Source of the DNA: Planctomycetes bacterium GWF2_41_51
Lineage (GTDB): Bacteria > Planctomycetota > Phycisphaerae > Sedimentisphaerales > UBA12454
Assembly: GCA_001825665.1 (NCBI GenBank)
Contig: MHXZ01000052.1
Location: 5,574-69,573, forward strand
Direction of reading: 5' to 3'
Length of the DNA stretch: 64,000 nt
This document shows positions 1 through 9,157 of this stretch, one piece after another. The notes beneath the pieces were generated by a model. That model did no database searches. It saw nothing but the letters and a program-made list of their open reading frames with translations, and was not told the DNA's origin. The position numbers and the translations under genes are program-made. Every line of letters starts with the position of its first letter. Within the stretch, counting starts at the first letter, position 1.

Positions 1-1
1 T

Positions 2-646
2 TTCGGCGCGGAAATTTTTACGGAATCGATGAAGAAAAAAATCGAATCGGGTCTTGGCATTGAGACGTTCGATATCTACGGAATGACCGAGACAGGCGGC
101 GTAGGCACATTGGGTATGGATTGCCCGGCACATAACGGCATTCACGTCTGGGAGGACCATTACTATATCGAAGTGCTTGATAAATTAACCGGCAAACCTG
201 TAAAAGACGGCGATTTCGGCGAACTGACTATCACATCTCTGACCCGCCAGGCCCTGCCTGTAATAAGATTTAGAACCGGAGATTTGTCTCGAATTGTTTC
301 GCGCGAAAAATGTTCCTGTGGAAGGACACATATTCGAATCTCGCCGATAACCGGCAGAGTCGATGACATGCTGATTGTTAAGGGAGTAAATTTCTTCCCG
401 CGTCAGGTCGAACAGGCGCTAATGCAAATCCCCGGCGTCGGTTCCAATTACCAGATTATTATGGAAGAAATCGACGGCGTTCAGGATGTCAGAATAAATG
501 TTGAAGCTGATTCGAAGGTTACGGGCTATACAGTCGAAAAAGTTTTAAAGGAAACGCTTGGCTTCAGCCCTAAAGGCGATGTGTTCCCAATCGGCGGCCT
601 GCCGAGACAGGAAGGAAAAGCACAAAGAGTATTTTATAAAAAATAG
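2..646 (+). CDS. phenylacetate--CoA ligase family protein (PaaK / F390-synthetase-like), C-terminal part; 5' end outside window
   Basis: The frame is open from the window edge, and the ORF-track ATG at 29 is internal. Motifs FDIYGMTETGG and GRVDDMLIVKGVNFFP are typical of PaaK-type adenylate-forming enzymes. Confidence 0.8.
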   Translation, partial: FGAEIFTESMKKKIESGLGIETFDIYGMTETGGVGTLGMDCPAHNGIHVWEDHYYIEVLDKLTGKPVKDGDFGELTITSLTRQALPVIRFRTGDLSRIVSREKCSCGRTHIRISPITGRVDDMLIVKGVNFFPRQVEQALMQIPGVGSNYQIIMEEIDGVQDVRINVEADSKVTGYTVEKVLKETLGFSPKGDVFPIGGLPRQEGKAQRVFYKK

Positions 647-685
647 AACACAGAACTCAGAATTTAGAATATGGAGGCATTCAAA

Positions 686-1711
686 ATGAAAAAGTACGTG
701 TATCTGGTTATTTGTTTTCTCCTCGTGTGCGTTTGTTTGAACGGCTGCAAAAAAAGTAGCGACAACACAGCTAATGAAACAACAATAATTTCCCTGACCT
801 ATGCGAACTTCCCCCCAGCATCGACGTTTCCGTGTGTGCAGATGGAACGATGGAAAACCGAAGTTGAAAAACGCACTAACGGCAAAGTTGTAGTCAAAAC
901 TTTTCCCGGTGGAACGCTTCTTGACGCAAAAGATATGATGGACGGCGTAATCGCAGGACAGGCGGATATCGGCTGTTTATGTATGGCGTATCAGCCGGGC
1001 AGGTTCGCTGTTACGAATGCGCTGGCTCTTCCATTGGGTATCAAAGACGCAAAGACTGGAAGTAAAATGTTATGGGATTTGTATAACAAATATAAGCCGG
1101 CAGAATTCGAACAGGTAAATGTATTGACAATGTTCACAACTGCGCCATCGAACATTATGAGCAGAAAACCAGTCAGAACTCTCGGCGATATTAAAGGTAT
1201 GTCGCTTCGTGCATCTGGCGGTGCGGGCGAAATTCTCCAGGCATGGGGCGCAAATATGGTTGGTATGCCGATGAGCGCAACACCGGAAGCATTGCAGAAA
1301 GGCGTTGTGCATGGATTATTTTCATCGCTGGAAGTTATGAAGGATTTCAGTTATGCCGAGCTTTGCAAATATGTAACAATGACCGACACATCAATTTATC
1401 CGTTCGCAGTTGTTATGAACAAGCAAAAATTCGAATCGCTTCCGGACGATGTTAAAAAAGTTTTCGATGACCTCGCGGCCGAGCAGATGCAATGGACAGG
1501 CGAATATATGGATAATCATGTTGCCGAAGCTATTGAATTTTCAAAGCAGCAGCATCAGGTAGAGTTTATCGAGCTCACCGACGAGCAGAAAGCCGAATGG
1601 AACAAACTGCTTGAGCCAATTATCGCAAAATGGATTGAAGATAATAAGTCAAAGATTCCAGCCGAGCAGATTGTTGCAGATTTGAAAAGTATGATGCAGG
1701 AACCGAAATAG
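686..1711 (+). CDS. TRAP transporter substrate-binding protein (DctP family), lipoprotein
   Basis: GGAGG lies 9 nt upstream of the ATG at 686 (the ORF track starts at 671). Signal peptide with lipobox LNGC. DctP-like sequence throughout. TRAP membrane subunits lie downstream. Confidence 0.85.
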   Translation: MKKYVYLVICFLLVCVCLNGCKKSSDNTANETTIISLTYANFPPASTFPCVQMERWKTEVEKRTNGKVVVKTFPGGTLLDAKDMMDGVIAGQADIGCLCMAYQPGRFAVTNALALPLGIKDAKTGSKMLWDLYNKYKPAEFEQVNVLTMFTTAPSNIMSRKPVRTLGDIKGMSLRASGGAGEILQAWGANMVGMPMSATPEALQKGVVHGLFSSLEVMKDFSYAELCKYVTMTDTSIYPFAVVMNKQKFESLPDDVKKVFDDLAAEQMQWTGEYMDNHVAEAIEFSKQQHQVEFIELTDEQKAEWNKLLEPIIAKWIEDNKSKIPAEQIVADLKSMMQEPK

Positions 1712-1811
1712 AGATAATGCTTTTATGGGCATAGAAAACATCAGAATTTTGCATAAAAATGCGGTTTTTTCAGGAAAAAGTAAGAAAAACTATGGAAAAA
1801 CAAGATTTTTC

Positions 1812-1841
1812 TTGAACTTTGCCGTATATATATGCGATATT
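1812..1841 (+). promoter_or_regulatory. candidate sigma70-type promoter for the Abi gene
   Basis: TTGAAC (1812-1817), an 18-nt spacer, then GATATT (1836-1841). Prediction from sequence only. Confidence 0.35.
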
Positions 1842-1852
1842 ATTATTAGGAA

Positions 1853-1905
1853 GCCCGCCAAGCCTCTGTCTTCGGACACGCTAAATCTGGTGGGCGTTTC
1901 TTTTT
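1853..1905 (+). terminator. terminator-like stem-loop in the Abi 5' leader
   Basis: Outer 8-bp stem GCCCGCCA / TGGTGGGC encloses an inner TGTC-UUCG-GACA hairpin. It is followed by GTTTCTTTTT, which runs straight into the GGGGGGAG ribosome-binding site. Confidence 0.45.
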
Positions 1906-1915
1906 GGGGGGAGCA

Positions 1916-2818
1916 ATGAGATACGCCAAACCCCCGCTTTCATTCGAGCAGCAGGCAGAACTTCTTATATCCCGCGGATTGGAAGCTGACAAAGAGGAAC
2001 TTGTAGCAAAACTTCGCGTTGTTAATTATTACCGTCTTAGCGGATATTGGTATCCTTTCCGCGAGAACGGCATTGAAAAATTTAAACCACATACAACATT
2101 AGAGAAAATCTGGCGCAGGTATGTCTTTGACAGACAACTGCGACTTCTAACGATGGATGCCATTGAACGGGTAGAGGTAGCAATCAAGACGAGCATAATA
2201 TATCATCACAGTCATAGTTGCGGAGCTTTCGGGTACACAGCGAATATATATTTGCCAAATCTTGATGAAAAACATTACTCAAATTTTATGAACAAGATCA
2301 GAGAAGCAACTTTAAGAAGCAAAGAAGGATTTGTCGAGCATTTTAAGAATATTTATGGCGATACTCATTCTTTATTGCCAGTGTGGATGGCAGCGGAAAT
2401 AAAAACTTTCGGAATGATGCTGACTATGTTCAGGGGTATCGAAATGAAATTGCAGCAGGCCATTGCCAAAGAATTTAATATTTCAGACAAAGTTCTTCTT
2501 TCGTGGCTTGTGGCAATAAACACAATACGCAATGTTTGTGCTCATCATGGGCGGCTTAGAGATAGAATACTGGATTATACGCCGATGATACCACGAGCGA
2601 ATAAACATCCCCAATGGCATAATCCAATCAGTATCCCGCAAGAACGAATATTCGGTATTTTGACGATATTAAAATATATGATGAATATTATAGCACCTCA
2701 AAGCAGATGGAGTGAGCGATTTAAAAGTTTGCTGATTCAATATAAGGAAATACCTATAGCATCTATGGGAATGTCAACTAATTGGCAGGAATGTCCTATA
2801 TGGGCAAAAAATAATTAA
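1916..2818 (+). CDS. Abi family protein (Abi_2 / AbiD-AbiF-like, HEPN-type Rx4H motif)
   Basis: N-terminal YYRLSGYWYPF and C-terminal NTIRNVCAHHGRL (R-x4-H) are hallmarks of Abi_2-type abortive-infection proteins. The ATG at 1916 is preceded by GGGGGGAG. Confidence 0.8.
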   Translation: MRYAKPPLSFEQQAELLISRGLEADKEELVAKLRVVNYYRLSGYWYPFRENGIEKFKPHTTLEKIWRRYVFDRQLRLLTMDAIERVEVAIKTSIIYHHSHSCGAFGYTANIYLPNLDEKHYSNFMNKIREATLRSKEGFVEHFKNIYGDTHSLLPVWMAAEIKTFGMMLTMFRGIEMKLQQAIAKEFNISDKVLLSWLVAINTIRNVCAHHGRLRDRILDYTPMIPRANKHPQWHNPISIPQERIFGILTILKYMMNIIAPQSRWSERFKSLLIQYKEIPIASMGMSTNWQECPIWAKNN

Positions 2819-2831
2819 TAAAGAGAGAAAA

Positions 2832-3323
2832 ATGATAAAAGTGCTTGATAAAATAGATTTTGTGTTGCGAAAGATTCTCGTATCGACGGCGGCGATAGCT
2901 CTGATGGTAATACTTTTTATGACATGCGCAAATATTGTTTTGAGAAGGCTGGGCTATCCTTTACAGGGAACGTTCGAACTTACGGGTTTGTTCGGTGCAG
3001 TTGTGGCGGCCGCTGCGCTTGGTTATACTCAAAAGAAAAAAGAAAATATCGCCGTTGATATTCTTGTTAATCATTTGCCAAAACCGTTGAGAATTCTTGC
3101 TTCCATTTCAAACGATGCTTTCAGCGCAGCGTTTTCGATTTTGGCATCGTGGCAGATTGCAAAGATCGGATTAAGACATATCGCAAGCGGAGAAGTTACT
3201 GAAACACTGAGAATTATCGCTTATCCTTTCATATTTATAACTGCCGCGGGATTTGCCTCTTTGGGATTCGTGTTTATTATAGATTTATTTAAAAATTTCG
3301 CACCCAAGGGAGAGCAGCAATGA
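2832..3323 (+). CDS. TRAP transporter small permease (DctQ-like)
   Basis: 163-aa protein with four hydrophobic segments. It overlaps the next gene by 4 nt, which is the typical Q-M arrangement. Confidence 0.8.
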   Translation: MIKVLDKIDFVLRKILVSTAAIALMVILFMTCANIVLRRLGYPLQGTFELTGLFGAVVAAAALGYTQKKKENIAVDILVNHLPKPLRILASISNDAFSAAFSILASWQIAKIGLRHIASGEVTETLRIIAYPFIFITAAGFASLGFVFIIDLFKNFAPKGEQQ

Positions 3324-4624
3324 GTTTGACCATGATTGGACTATTGGGCATAGCTGTTCTTATGGTTGTGCTTTTTTTAACTGCGACGCCTGTAGCCTTT
3401 GCCATGGCTGTTGTCGGATTTCTTGGTTTTTGCTGTGTCGTATCTTTTGACGCTGCGGTAAATATGGTTGGCTCGGTTTTATGGGCAACATTTTCAAAAT
3501 ACGACCTCACGGTAATACCGCTTTTTATTCTAATGGGTCAAATTGTTTTTTATTCCGGCATAAACGAAAAACTTTATCACGCGGCGTATAACTGGGTTGG
3601 TCATATTCGAGGCGGAATCGCAATGGCAACAGTTCTCGCCTGCTCGGCTTTTGCAGCAATTTGCGGCTCGAACACTGCAACGGCTGCAACAATGTCAACT
3701 GTCGCTTTGCCGCAGATGAAAAAATACGGTTACAATCCCAAATTAAGCACAGGCTCTGTCGCAGCAGGTTCAACCCTGGGCGTTGTGATACCTCCAAGTG
3801 TAGTTTTAATTTTAATCGGACTTTCAACTGAACAATCAATAGTTAAATTATTCTACGGCGGATTTGGCGCGGGGCTCGTGCTTACGCTGATGCTTGTGGC
3901 GACAATTTATATAATTTGCAGCATAAAACCGCAATGGGGGCCTGTCGGTGAAAAGGTTGATTTCAAAACAAAGGTAAAATCGCTATCCGGTGCGGGCGAA
4001 ATGGTTTTGCTTTTCCTGCTGGTAATCATTGGTCTGTACGCTGGATTCTTTACACCTGCGGAAGCGGCGGCGGCAGGCGCTTTTATTGCTTTGATAATTG
4101 CACTGGTCCGCAAACAGATGCCGATAAAACAATTCATCAAAGCTTTGAAGGATACTTTGCGGGCTTCGTGCATGGTGATGATGATTGTTGCAGGCGCGAT
4201 GATTTTTGGAAAGTTCCTTGCTGTTACAAGACTGCCCTACAATATCGCAGATTGGGTAGCAACTTTAGCCGTATCCAAAACTGTGGTTTTGTTAATCATC
4301 TTCGGAATTTATATAATTGGCGGAATGATTATGGATGCACTTGCATTACTGATAATCACAATTCCTATATTTTTCCCAATCGCAACAGGTCTCGGCTATG
4401 ATCCATTATGGTTCGGCGTTACAATTACAGTCATAACGACACTTGGTGCAATAAGCCCGCCTGTTGGCGCTGTTACTTTTGTTGTCGCTTCTGTCGCCAA
4501 AGATGTAAAAATGAAAGATGTTTTTAAAGGCGTTAGTATTTTTATACCGGCTTATATTCTATGCGTTTTACTTCTGATGGCATTTCCTAAAATTGCAACA
4601 CTGCTGCCTTCTCTTCTGAAATAA
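3320..4624 (+). CDS. TRAP transporter large permease (DctM-like)
   Basis: 434-aa polytopic membrane protein with a DctM-like sequence (GGIAMATVLACSAFAAICGSNTATAATM). Confidence 0.9.
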   Translation: MSLTMIGLLGIAVLMVVLFLTATPVAFAMAVVGFLGFCCVVSFDAAVNMVGSVLWATFSKYDLTVIPLFILMGQIVFYSGINEKLYHAAYNWVGHIRGGIAMATVLACSAFAAICGSNTATAATMSTVALPQMKKYGYNPKLSTGSVAAGSTLGVVIPPSVVLILIGLSTEQSIVKLFYGGFGAGLVLTLMLVATIYIICSIKPQWGPVGEKVDFKTKVKSLSGAGEMVLLFLLVIIGLYAGFFTPAEAAAAGAFIALIIALVRKQMPIKQFIKALKDTLRASCMVMMIVAGAMIFGKFLAVTRLPYNIADWVATLAVSKTVVLLIIFGIYIIGGMIMDALALLIITIPIFFPIATGLGYDPLWFGVTITVITTLGAISPPVGAVTFVVASVAKDVKMKDVFKGVSIFIPAYILCVLLLMAFPKIATLLPSLLK

Positions 4625-4627
4625 TAT

Positions 4628-5413
4628 TTACAGTTCAACTATTTCACTGCTTTGGTAAGGCGGCGCCGCTGTTACTTTTAAATCATCATCGATGCCGGTC
4701 TTTTTAAAAGCTGTTTTGATTTCCTTTATAGCTAAATGCGGCCTATTTCTCTCATTGCTCAAATGACCGAGCATAACCGCAGCCGGAGTTTTTTTGCTTT
4801 TTGTAATTACTTCGGACAAAAATGCGCCCGTTTTGGGATTAGGCAAATGGAAACGGCTGTTAGGGTTGGGGAATTGTCTAAGAAGCTGCAAATCGTGATT
4901 GGCCTCAATGAAAATAAAATCCGCATCTTTAAAATAATCTGTCACATTTCGGGCGTCTCTGAAATCAGTCGCTATCACGATTTTTTTGTCATTATGATAA
5001 ATAACAAATCCGCAGGTAAGAAAATACGGATTGTGCGGGATCTCGAACGGCTCGATAACAAGGTCTTTGACGGAGAATTTCTGAGTGTAATAGGTTTCAA
5101 CTTTTAAGTTCGCAAGGCCGTAGCTTCGAAAATGCCGGTTTTTTAATTCGTCAAAACAACCGCTGTGGACTTTGAGTTTTATTTCGTGTTCTTCAATGAC
5201 CCGCATCGGATAGAAACTGATATGGTCGGAGTGCAGATGCGAAACCAGAATTAAATCTATATCTTTCGGATTTTTTATATTTTGCGAAAGGATTTCACGC
5301 GTTTGTTTCATCGAACTTAGACCGCAGTCAATTAGCACCGTGGTTGTATCTGTTCTGACAAGCAGGCAATTTCCGCTGCTGGAACTTCTTAATGATTGAA
5401 AGTATAACGACAT
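4628..5413 (-). CDS. MBL-fold metallo-hydrolase
   Basis: The HxHxDH motif (SHLHSDHI) sits in a 261-aa beta-lactamase-fold-like sequence. Confidence 0.75.
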   Translation of the reverse strand: MSLYFQSLRSSSSGNCLLVRTDTTTVLIDCGLSSMKQTREILSQNIKNPKDIDLILVSHLHSDHISFYPMRVIEEHEIKLKVHSGCFDELKNRHFRSYGLANLKVETYYTQKFSVKDLVIEPFEIPHNPYFLTCGFVIYHNDKKIVIATDFRDARNVTDYFKDADFIFIEANHDLQLLRQFPNPNSRFHLPNPKTGAFLSEVITKSKKTPAAVMLGHLSNERNRPHLAIKEIKTAFKKTGIDDDLKVTAAPPYQSSEIVEL

Positions 5414-5426
5414 CCTTTTCCTTATA

Positions 5427-6626
5427 TTAAATTAGTACGCCCGCGATGCAGGCGGTCATAAAACAGGCGAGCATACCAGCGAGCATAGATTTAAAGCCGA
5501 GCTGCGCAAAATCTTTTTTCCGTTCCGGCACAATCGTACTCATCCCTCCGATAAGAATCGCAATCGAACCGAAATTAGCGAAGCCGCAAAGAGCATAAGT
5601 TGTTATTGTAAATGAACGAGGCGAAATAAGATCTTTTACTTTGCCGAGATCAATATACGCGATAAACTCATTGAGTACAGTTCTTTCACCGAGCAGTGAG
5701 CCAACAAGCGACGCATCTTTTAAATCTATACCCATAACCCACGCAAGCGGCGCAAATATCCAGCCGAGAACTCGCTGCATGGTAATCGGATCGTTATTGA
5801 AATGCGGGAGATAAAACAAAAGCCAATTTATTAATGCAACAAATCCGATGAAGCAAATCAAAACAGCCGCGATTGCAATTGCCATTTTTGCGCCGTCAAC
5901 TGCGCCGCGGCAGGCCGCTTCGAGAACGTTTGTATCTTCGCGCGGAATATGAACTTTGACAACGCCTTTGGTTTGCGATTGCTCGGTCTCGGGCACCATA
6001 ATCTTTGCTATAACAATCGCGGCAGGCGCAGAAATTATTGAAGCTGCCAGCAAATGCCCCGCATCTGCGCCGAAGCCGGTATAAGCGGCAAGCGTCGCGC
6101 CGGAAATTGTCGCCATTCCGCCTGTCATCATCGCCATTATTTCTGAACGCGTCATTGTCTTAATATAAGGCCTGATTACAAGAGGAGCTTCCGACATTCC
6201 CATAAATACGTTCGCCGCCGATGCAAGCGATTCCGTGCCGGATGCGTCCATCACATAGACCATAACCCTTGCCATTAATCCGACAACCTTTTGAAGAATG
6301 CCAAGATAAAACAAAACTGTCATAAGAGAAGAAACGAAAATTATCGTAGGTAAAACTGAAAACGCGAAGAAATGCTCTTTGAACCCCTCGCCGAAGACAA
6401 ACGCAGAACCGGCCTCCGAAAAACTGATGAGATTTGTGATGAGAATGCGGAGTTTGCCAAAGATGAATTGCCCCCATGCGGTACGGAGAATAAAAAGCGC
6501 AAGCACGAATTGCAGGAGCATTCCGCTGACAATGAGCCTGCCGTTCATCTTCCTTTTGTTTGATGAAAGCAGCCATGCGAGAAGTACCATTACAAACAAG
6601 CCGGCAAGGCTAATTATTCTGGGCAT
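5427..6626 (-). CDS. NupC/NupG-family concentrative nucleoside transporter
   Basis: 399-aa polytopic protein with CNT-family blocks (GFANFGSIAILIGG, FVFGEGF). Confidence 0.85.
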   Translation of the reverse strand: MPRIISLAGLFVMVLLAWLLSSNKRKMNGRLIVSGMLLQFVLALFILRTAWGQFIFGKLRILITNLISFSEAGSAFVFGEGFKEHFFAFSVLPTIIFVSSLMTVLFYLGILQKVVGLMARVMVYVMDASGTESLASAANVFMGMSEAPLVIRPYIKTMTRSEIMAMMTGGMATISGATLAAYTGFGADAGHLLAASIISAPAAIVIAKIMVPETEQSQTKGVVKVHIPREDTNVLEAACRGAVDGAKMAIAIAAVLICFIGFVALINWLLFYLPHFNNDPITMQRVLGWIFAPLAWVMGIDLKDASLVGSLLGERTVLNEFIAYIDLGKVKDLISPRSFTITTYALCGFANFGSIAILIGGMSTIVPERKKDFAQLGFKSMLAGMLACFMTACIAGVLI

Positions 6627-6657
6627 ACACCAACTCCATAGTTTTTAAACCAGAGTC

Positions 6658-6686
6658 AGTATAGACAGGTTATGCCTTTGCGTCAA
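6658..6686 (-). promoter_or_regulatory. candidate sigma70 promoter of the nucleoside transporter gene
   Basis: On the minus strand: TTGACG, a 17-nt spacer, then TATACT. GGAG lies 9 nt upstream of the start codon. Confidence 0.5.
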
Positions 6687-6780
6687 ATGGTTTAAAATCG
6701 GAAAGTGTGTACAGACTAACTCTGTGACAGCAGAGTTAGGGGGTTTTGTAAGCGTTTATTTTTAAGGAGTCTTTTAACGC

Positions 6781-7329
6781 TTAGTGCATATCGAACAGGG
6801 ACTGTGTTTTGATGATTGTTACCTGGTCGGGATATGCGTGAAACGCGTGGATATGAAGTTCGTCGCGTCTGGCTTCGAAATCGATATAGCTGAACGGCTC
6901 AAGTCCGCCAACCGCCATCTTCGGAAACTTCACGAACACACCGCGATTACGTGCGAATTTTTCAAGGTCGCTGTGGCTTTGACGATATAAATTCGGACTC
7001 ATCTTTTCGACCTGAAAATCAGTCATATAGCTCAGCCCTTTGGCGAGAGTACACTTATGATTTCTTTGGCCGGCAAATCTGAATCTTTCAATCAGCCCCC
7101 GACGAGGCAGCAGTTGAGTCGGCGTGCTGATAAGTTCGGAAAGACAAAGTTCGTTAGAGAATACACTGACAACGTGTGAACCGCCGGTCGCCCAAATCAA
7201 CGCTTCGTACTTGTCCGTCTTGATCGTGCGCTTTTCAAAAATATTGAAAAGCTCGGGATGAAGAGGCCTTTGATAAAGCGTGAAGGTCAACTCGCTGACA
7301 ACTACGTTTGTATTATTCGGTGTATCCAT
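6781..7329 (-). CDS. conserved hypothetical protein (possibly DUF2617-like)
   Basis: Clean 182-aa ORF with non-repetitive composition. The family assignment is from memory only and is not verified. Confidence 0.5.
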   Translation of the reverse strand: MDTPNNTNVVVSELTFTLYQRPLHPELFNIFEKRTIKTDKYEALIWATGGSHVVSVFSNELCLSELISTPTQLLPRRGLIERFRFAGQRNHKCTLAKGLSYMTDFQVEKMSPNLYRQSHSDLEKFARNRGVFVKFPKMAVGGLEPFSYIDFEARRDELHIHAFHAYPDQVTIIKTQSLFDMH

Positions 7330-7557
7330 CTTTTAAATCCATCCAGAACGACAATTTTTATGTTCTCTATGCTGTTATTTTAGCAAAATCATCATTTTGA
7401 ATCAAGGCTGTTATCAGTATTGATAATGCAGTTTTGCGCTCTTATAGGACGATTATTTTGCAAATACAGCAAGTAGAAGCAATAACGATTGTCAAAAATA
7501 TTAAAATATTTTGAAACTTTGCCCCAAAAAAGCAATTTTTTTGTGCTTTTCCACTTT

Positions 7558-8409
7558 TCAATACTGATTGAACATGAAAATGTTCAGGATTGTGGCGATA
7601 ATATCATAGAAAATATGTGCACCGGCGACTATGCCGAATCCCCGTACTACAAAAATAATCGCGAAGTAAACCCCTGCTATTGTCCTGAAAATAAATGGTG
7701 CAAGTGCGAAAAGCTCTGACCGGGCAAACCTGCCGTGGATGAAAATGAAATGATGATGCAGACTGAAAAGCACCGCTGATATTATGATAGAAATCATAAT
7801 GGCTTTTGTCTTTTTTACACCAAGGATAGTTTCAAAGAACAGCATAAGCACGCAAATCAGAACCAGCCTGAAAATCAGCTCTTCGTAAATTCCCGCACCG
7901 ATTCCGGTAATAATATCCATCATATAACTGTGATGACCGAATTTCGAACCGGCCGCAAGAAGACATGCGACCTCCCCGCCCTGCCGCTGAGCCGGACGAT
8001 TAAGAACGAGAGCGAGAACGATCAGAGGCACTGATATTATGATGCACTCCACTGTCATTACCAGAAAATCAGACCATACAATTTTCCAGCCCTGCCGGGA
8101 AGTAATCTGGAGAACGATTAATGTGATAATTATTACAAGAGGTGCAAAAAGCCATGATGCCTTTGCGTTCAGGCCGATATATTGCAGAAAATTCTGTATC
8201 CAGACAAACGCGACAACTCCGCCCTGCACATGACTGGCCGGCTCATTGAGAAGCTGAGGATTGATTTTCAAAACGAGAATTTCATAAAGGATGATAAACG
8301 GCAGCAGAAACAGCAGCGCATATAAAGCCCTTGAGGTTCGGGCGTAATATCCTGTCTTCGCCGCCGCCTCAAGACTTTGCTTACTGACTTTAGAATCCTT
8401 TCTAACCAT
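7558..8409 (-). CDS. CPBP-family intramembrane glutamic endopeptidase (CAAX protease/Abi-type)
   Basis: Polytopic protein carrying the EExxxR motif (YEELIFRLV) and a downstream FSLHHH histidine motif. Confidence 0.75.
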   Translation of the reverse strand: MVRKDSKVSKQSLEAAAKTGYYARTSRALYALLFLLPFIILYEILVLKINPQLLNEPASHVQGGVVAFVWIQNFLQYIGLNAKASWLFAPLVIIITLIVLQITSRQGWKIVWSDFLVMTVECIIISVPLIVLALVLNRPAQRQGGEVACLLAAGSKFGHHSYMMDIITGIGAGIYEELIFRLVLICVLMLFFETILGVKKTKAIMISIIISAVLFSLHHHFIFIHGRFARSELFALAPFIFRTIAGVYFAIIFVVRGFGIVAGAHIFYDIIATILNIFMFNQY

Positions 8410-8494
8410 CTTGCGAAGTTTAACCTAAAAGGATGAAAAAATCAAAATATATCATTTGACCTCTGCAAAAAACTGTCCCATAATTATAGTCATT

Positions 8495-9157
8495 ATGACA
8501 CGTGAAAAGATACAGCAGATTTACGAATTGCTCTTTGAGCGGTTCGGCCAGCAGTTCTGGTGGCCGGGCGAGACGAAAGACGAAATCATTGTCGGCGCAA
8601 TCCTTACCCAGAATACCAACTGGCAGAACGTCGAAAAAGCCATCGCAAACCTCAAACGGACATCCGTTATGAGTCTTGATAAACTTCATGCCCTGCCGCA
8701 GGATGAACTGGCTGAGCTTATCAGGCCCGCCGGTTATTACAACATCAAGGCAAAAAGATTGAAAAATTTTCTCAATTGGCTTTTCGAGCAGCATAATGGT
8801 TCAGTTGAGGAAATCATGTCAATGCATACCGACAATTTACGGGAAGAACTTTTGTCCATTAATGGCATCGGCAGGGAAACCGCGGATTCGATTCTTCTTT
8901 ACGCTTTGAACAAGCCCGTTTTCGTCGTCGATGCGTACACATATAGGATTGCGACAAGGCATCATTTAATCGAGCCTGAATGCGATTATGAACAGCTTAG
9001 AAGTCTGTTTGAAGATAATCTTGAAAGCGATATAAAAGTTTTCAACGAATATCATGCATTGCTTGTTCATACCGGCAAAGAGTATTGCCGACCGAAAGCA
9101 AGATGCAGCGGCTGTCCGCTCGAAATGATGCCGCATACAGTTGAAACAGAATTTTAA
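8495..9157 (+). CDS. endonuclease III-related HhH-GPD domain protein
   Basis: TQNTNWQNVEKA, a helix-hairpin-helix (INGIGRETADSILLYAL) and a C-terminal Cys pair. The ATG at 8495 is preferred over the ORF-track TTG at 8456. Confidence 0.7.
   Translation: MTREKIQQIYELLFERFGQQFWWPGETKDEIIVGAILTQNTNWQNVEKAIANLKRTSVMSLDKLHALPQDELAELIRPAGYYNIKAKRLKNFLNWLFEQHNGSVEEIMSMHTDNLREELLSINGIGRETADSILLYALNKPVFVVDAYTYRIATRHHLIEPECDYEQLRSLFEDNLESDIKVFNEYHALLVHTGKEYCRPKARCSGCPLEMMPHTVETEF

Noticed and set aside
1725-1919. 64-aa plus-strand ORF immediately upstream of and overlapping the Abi start, considered as a protein antitoxin
   Set aside because: It has no ribosome-binding site and an implausible composition (FFLNFAVYICDIIIRK...). 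The predicted Abi promoter and leader hairpin lie inside it. It could still be tested by ribosome profiling.
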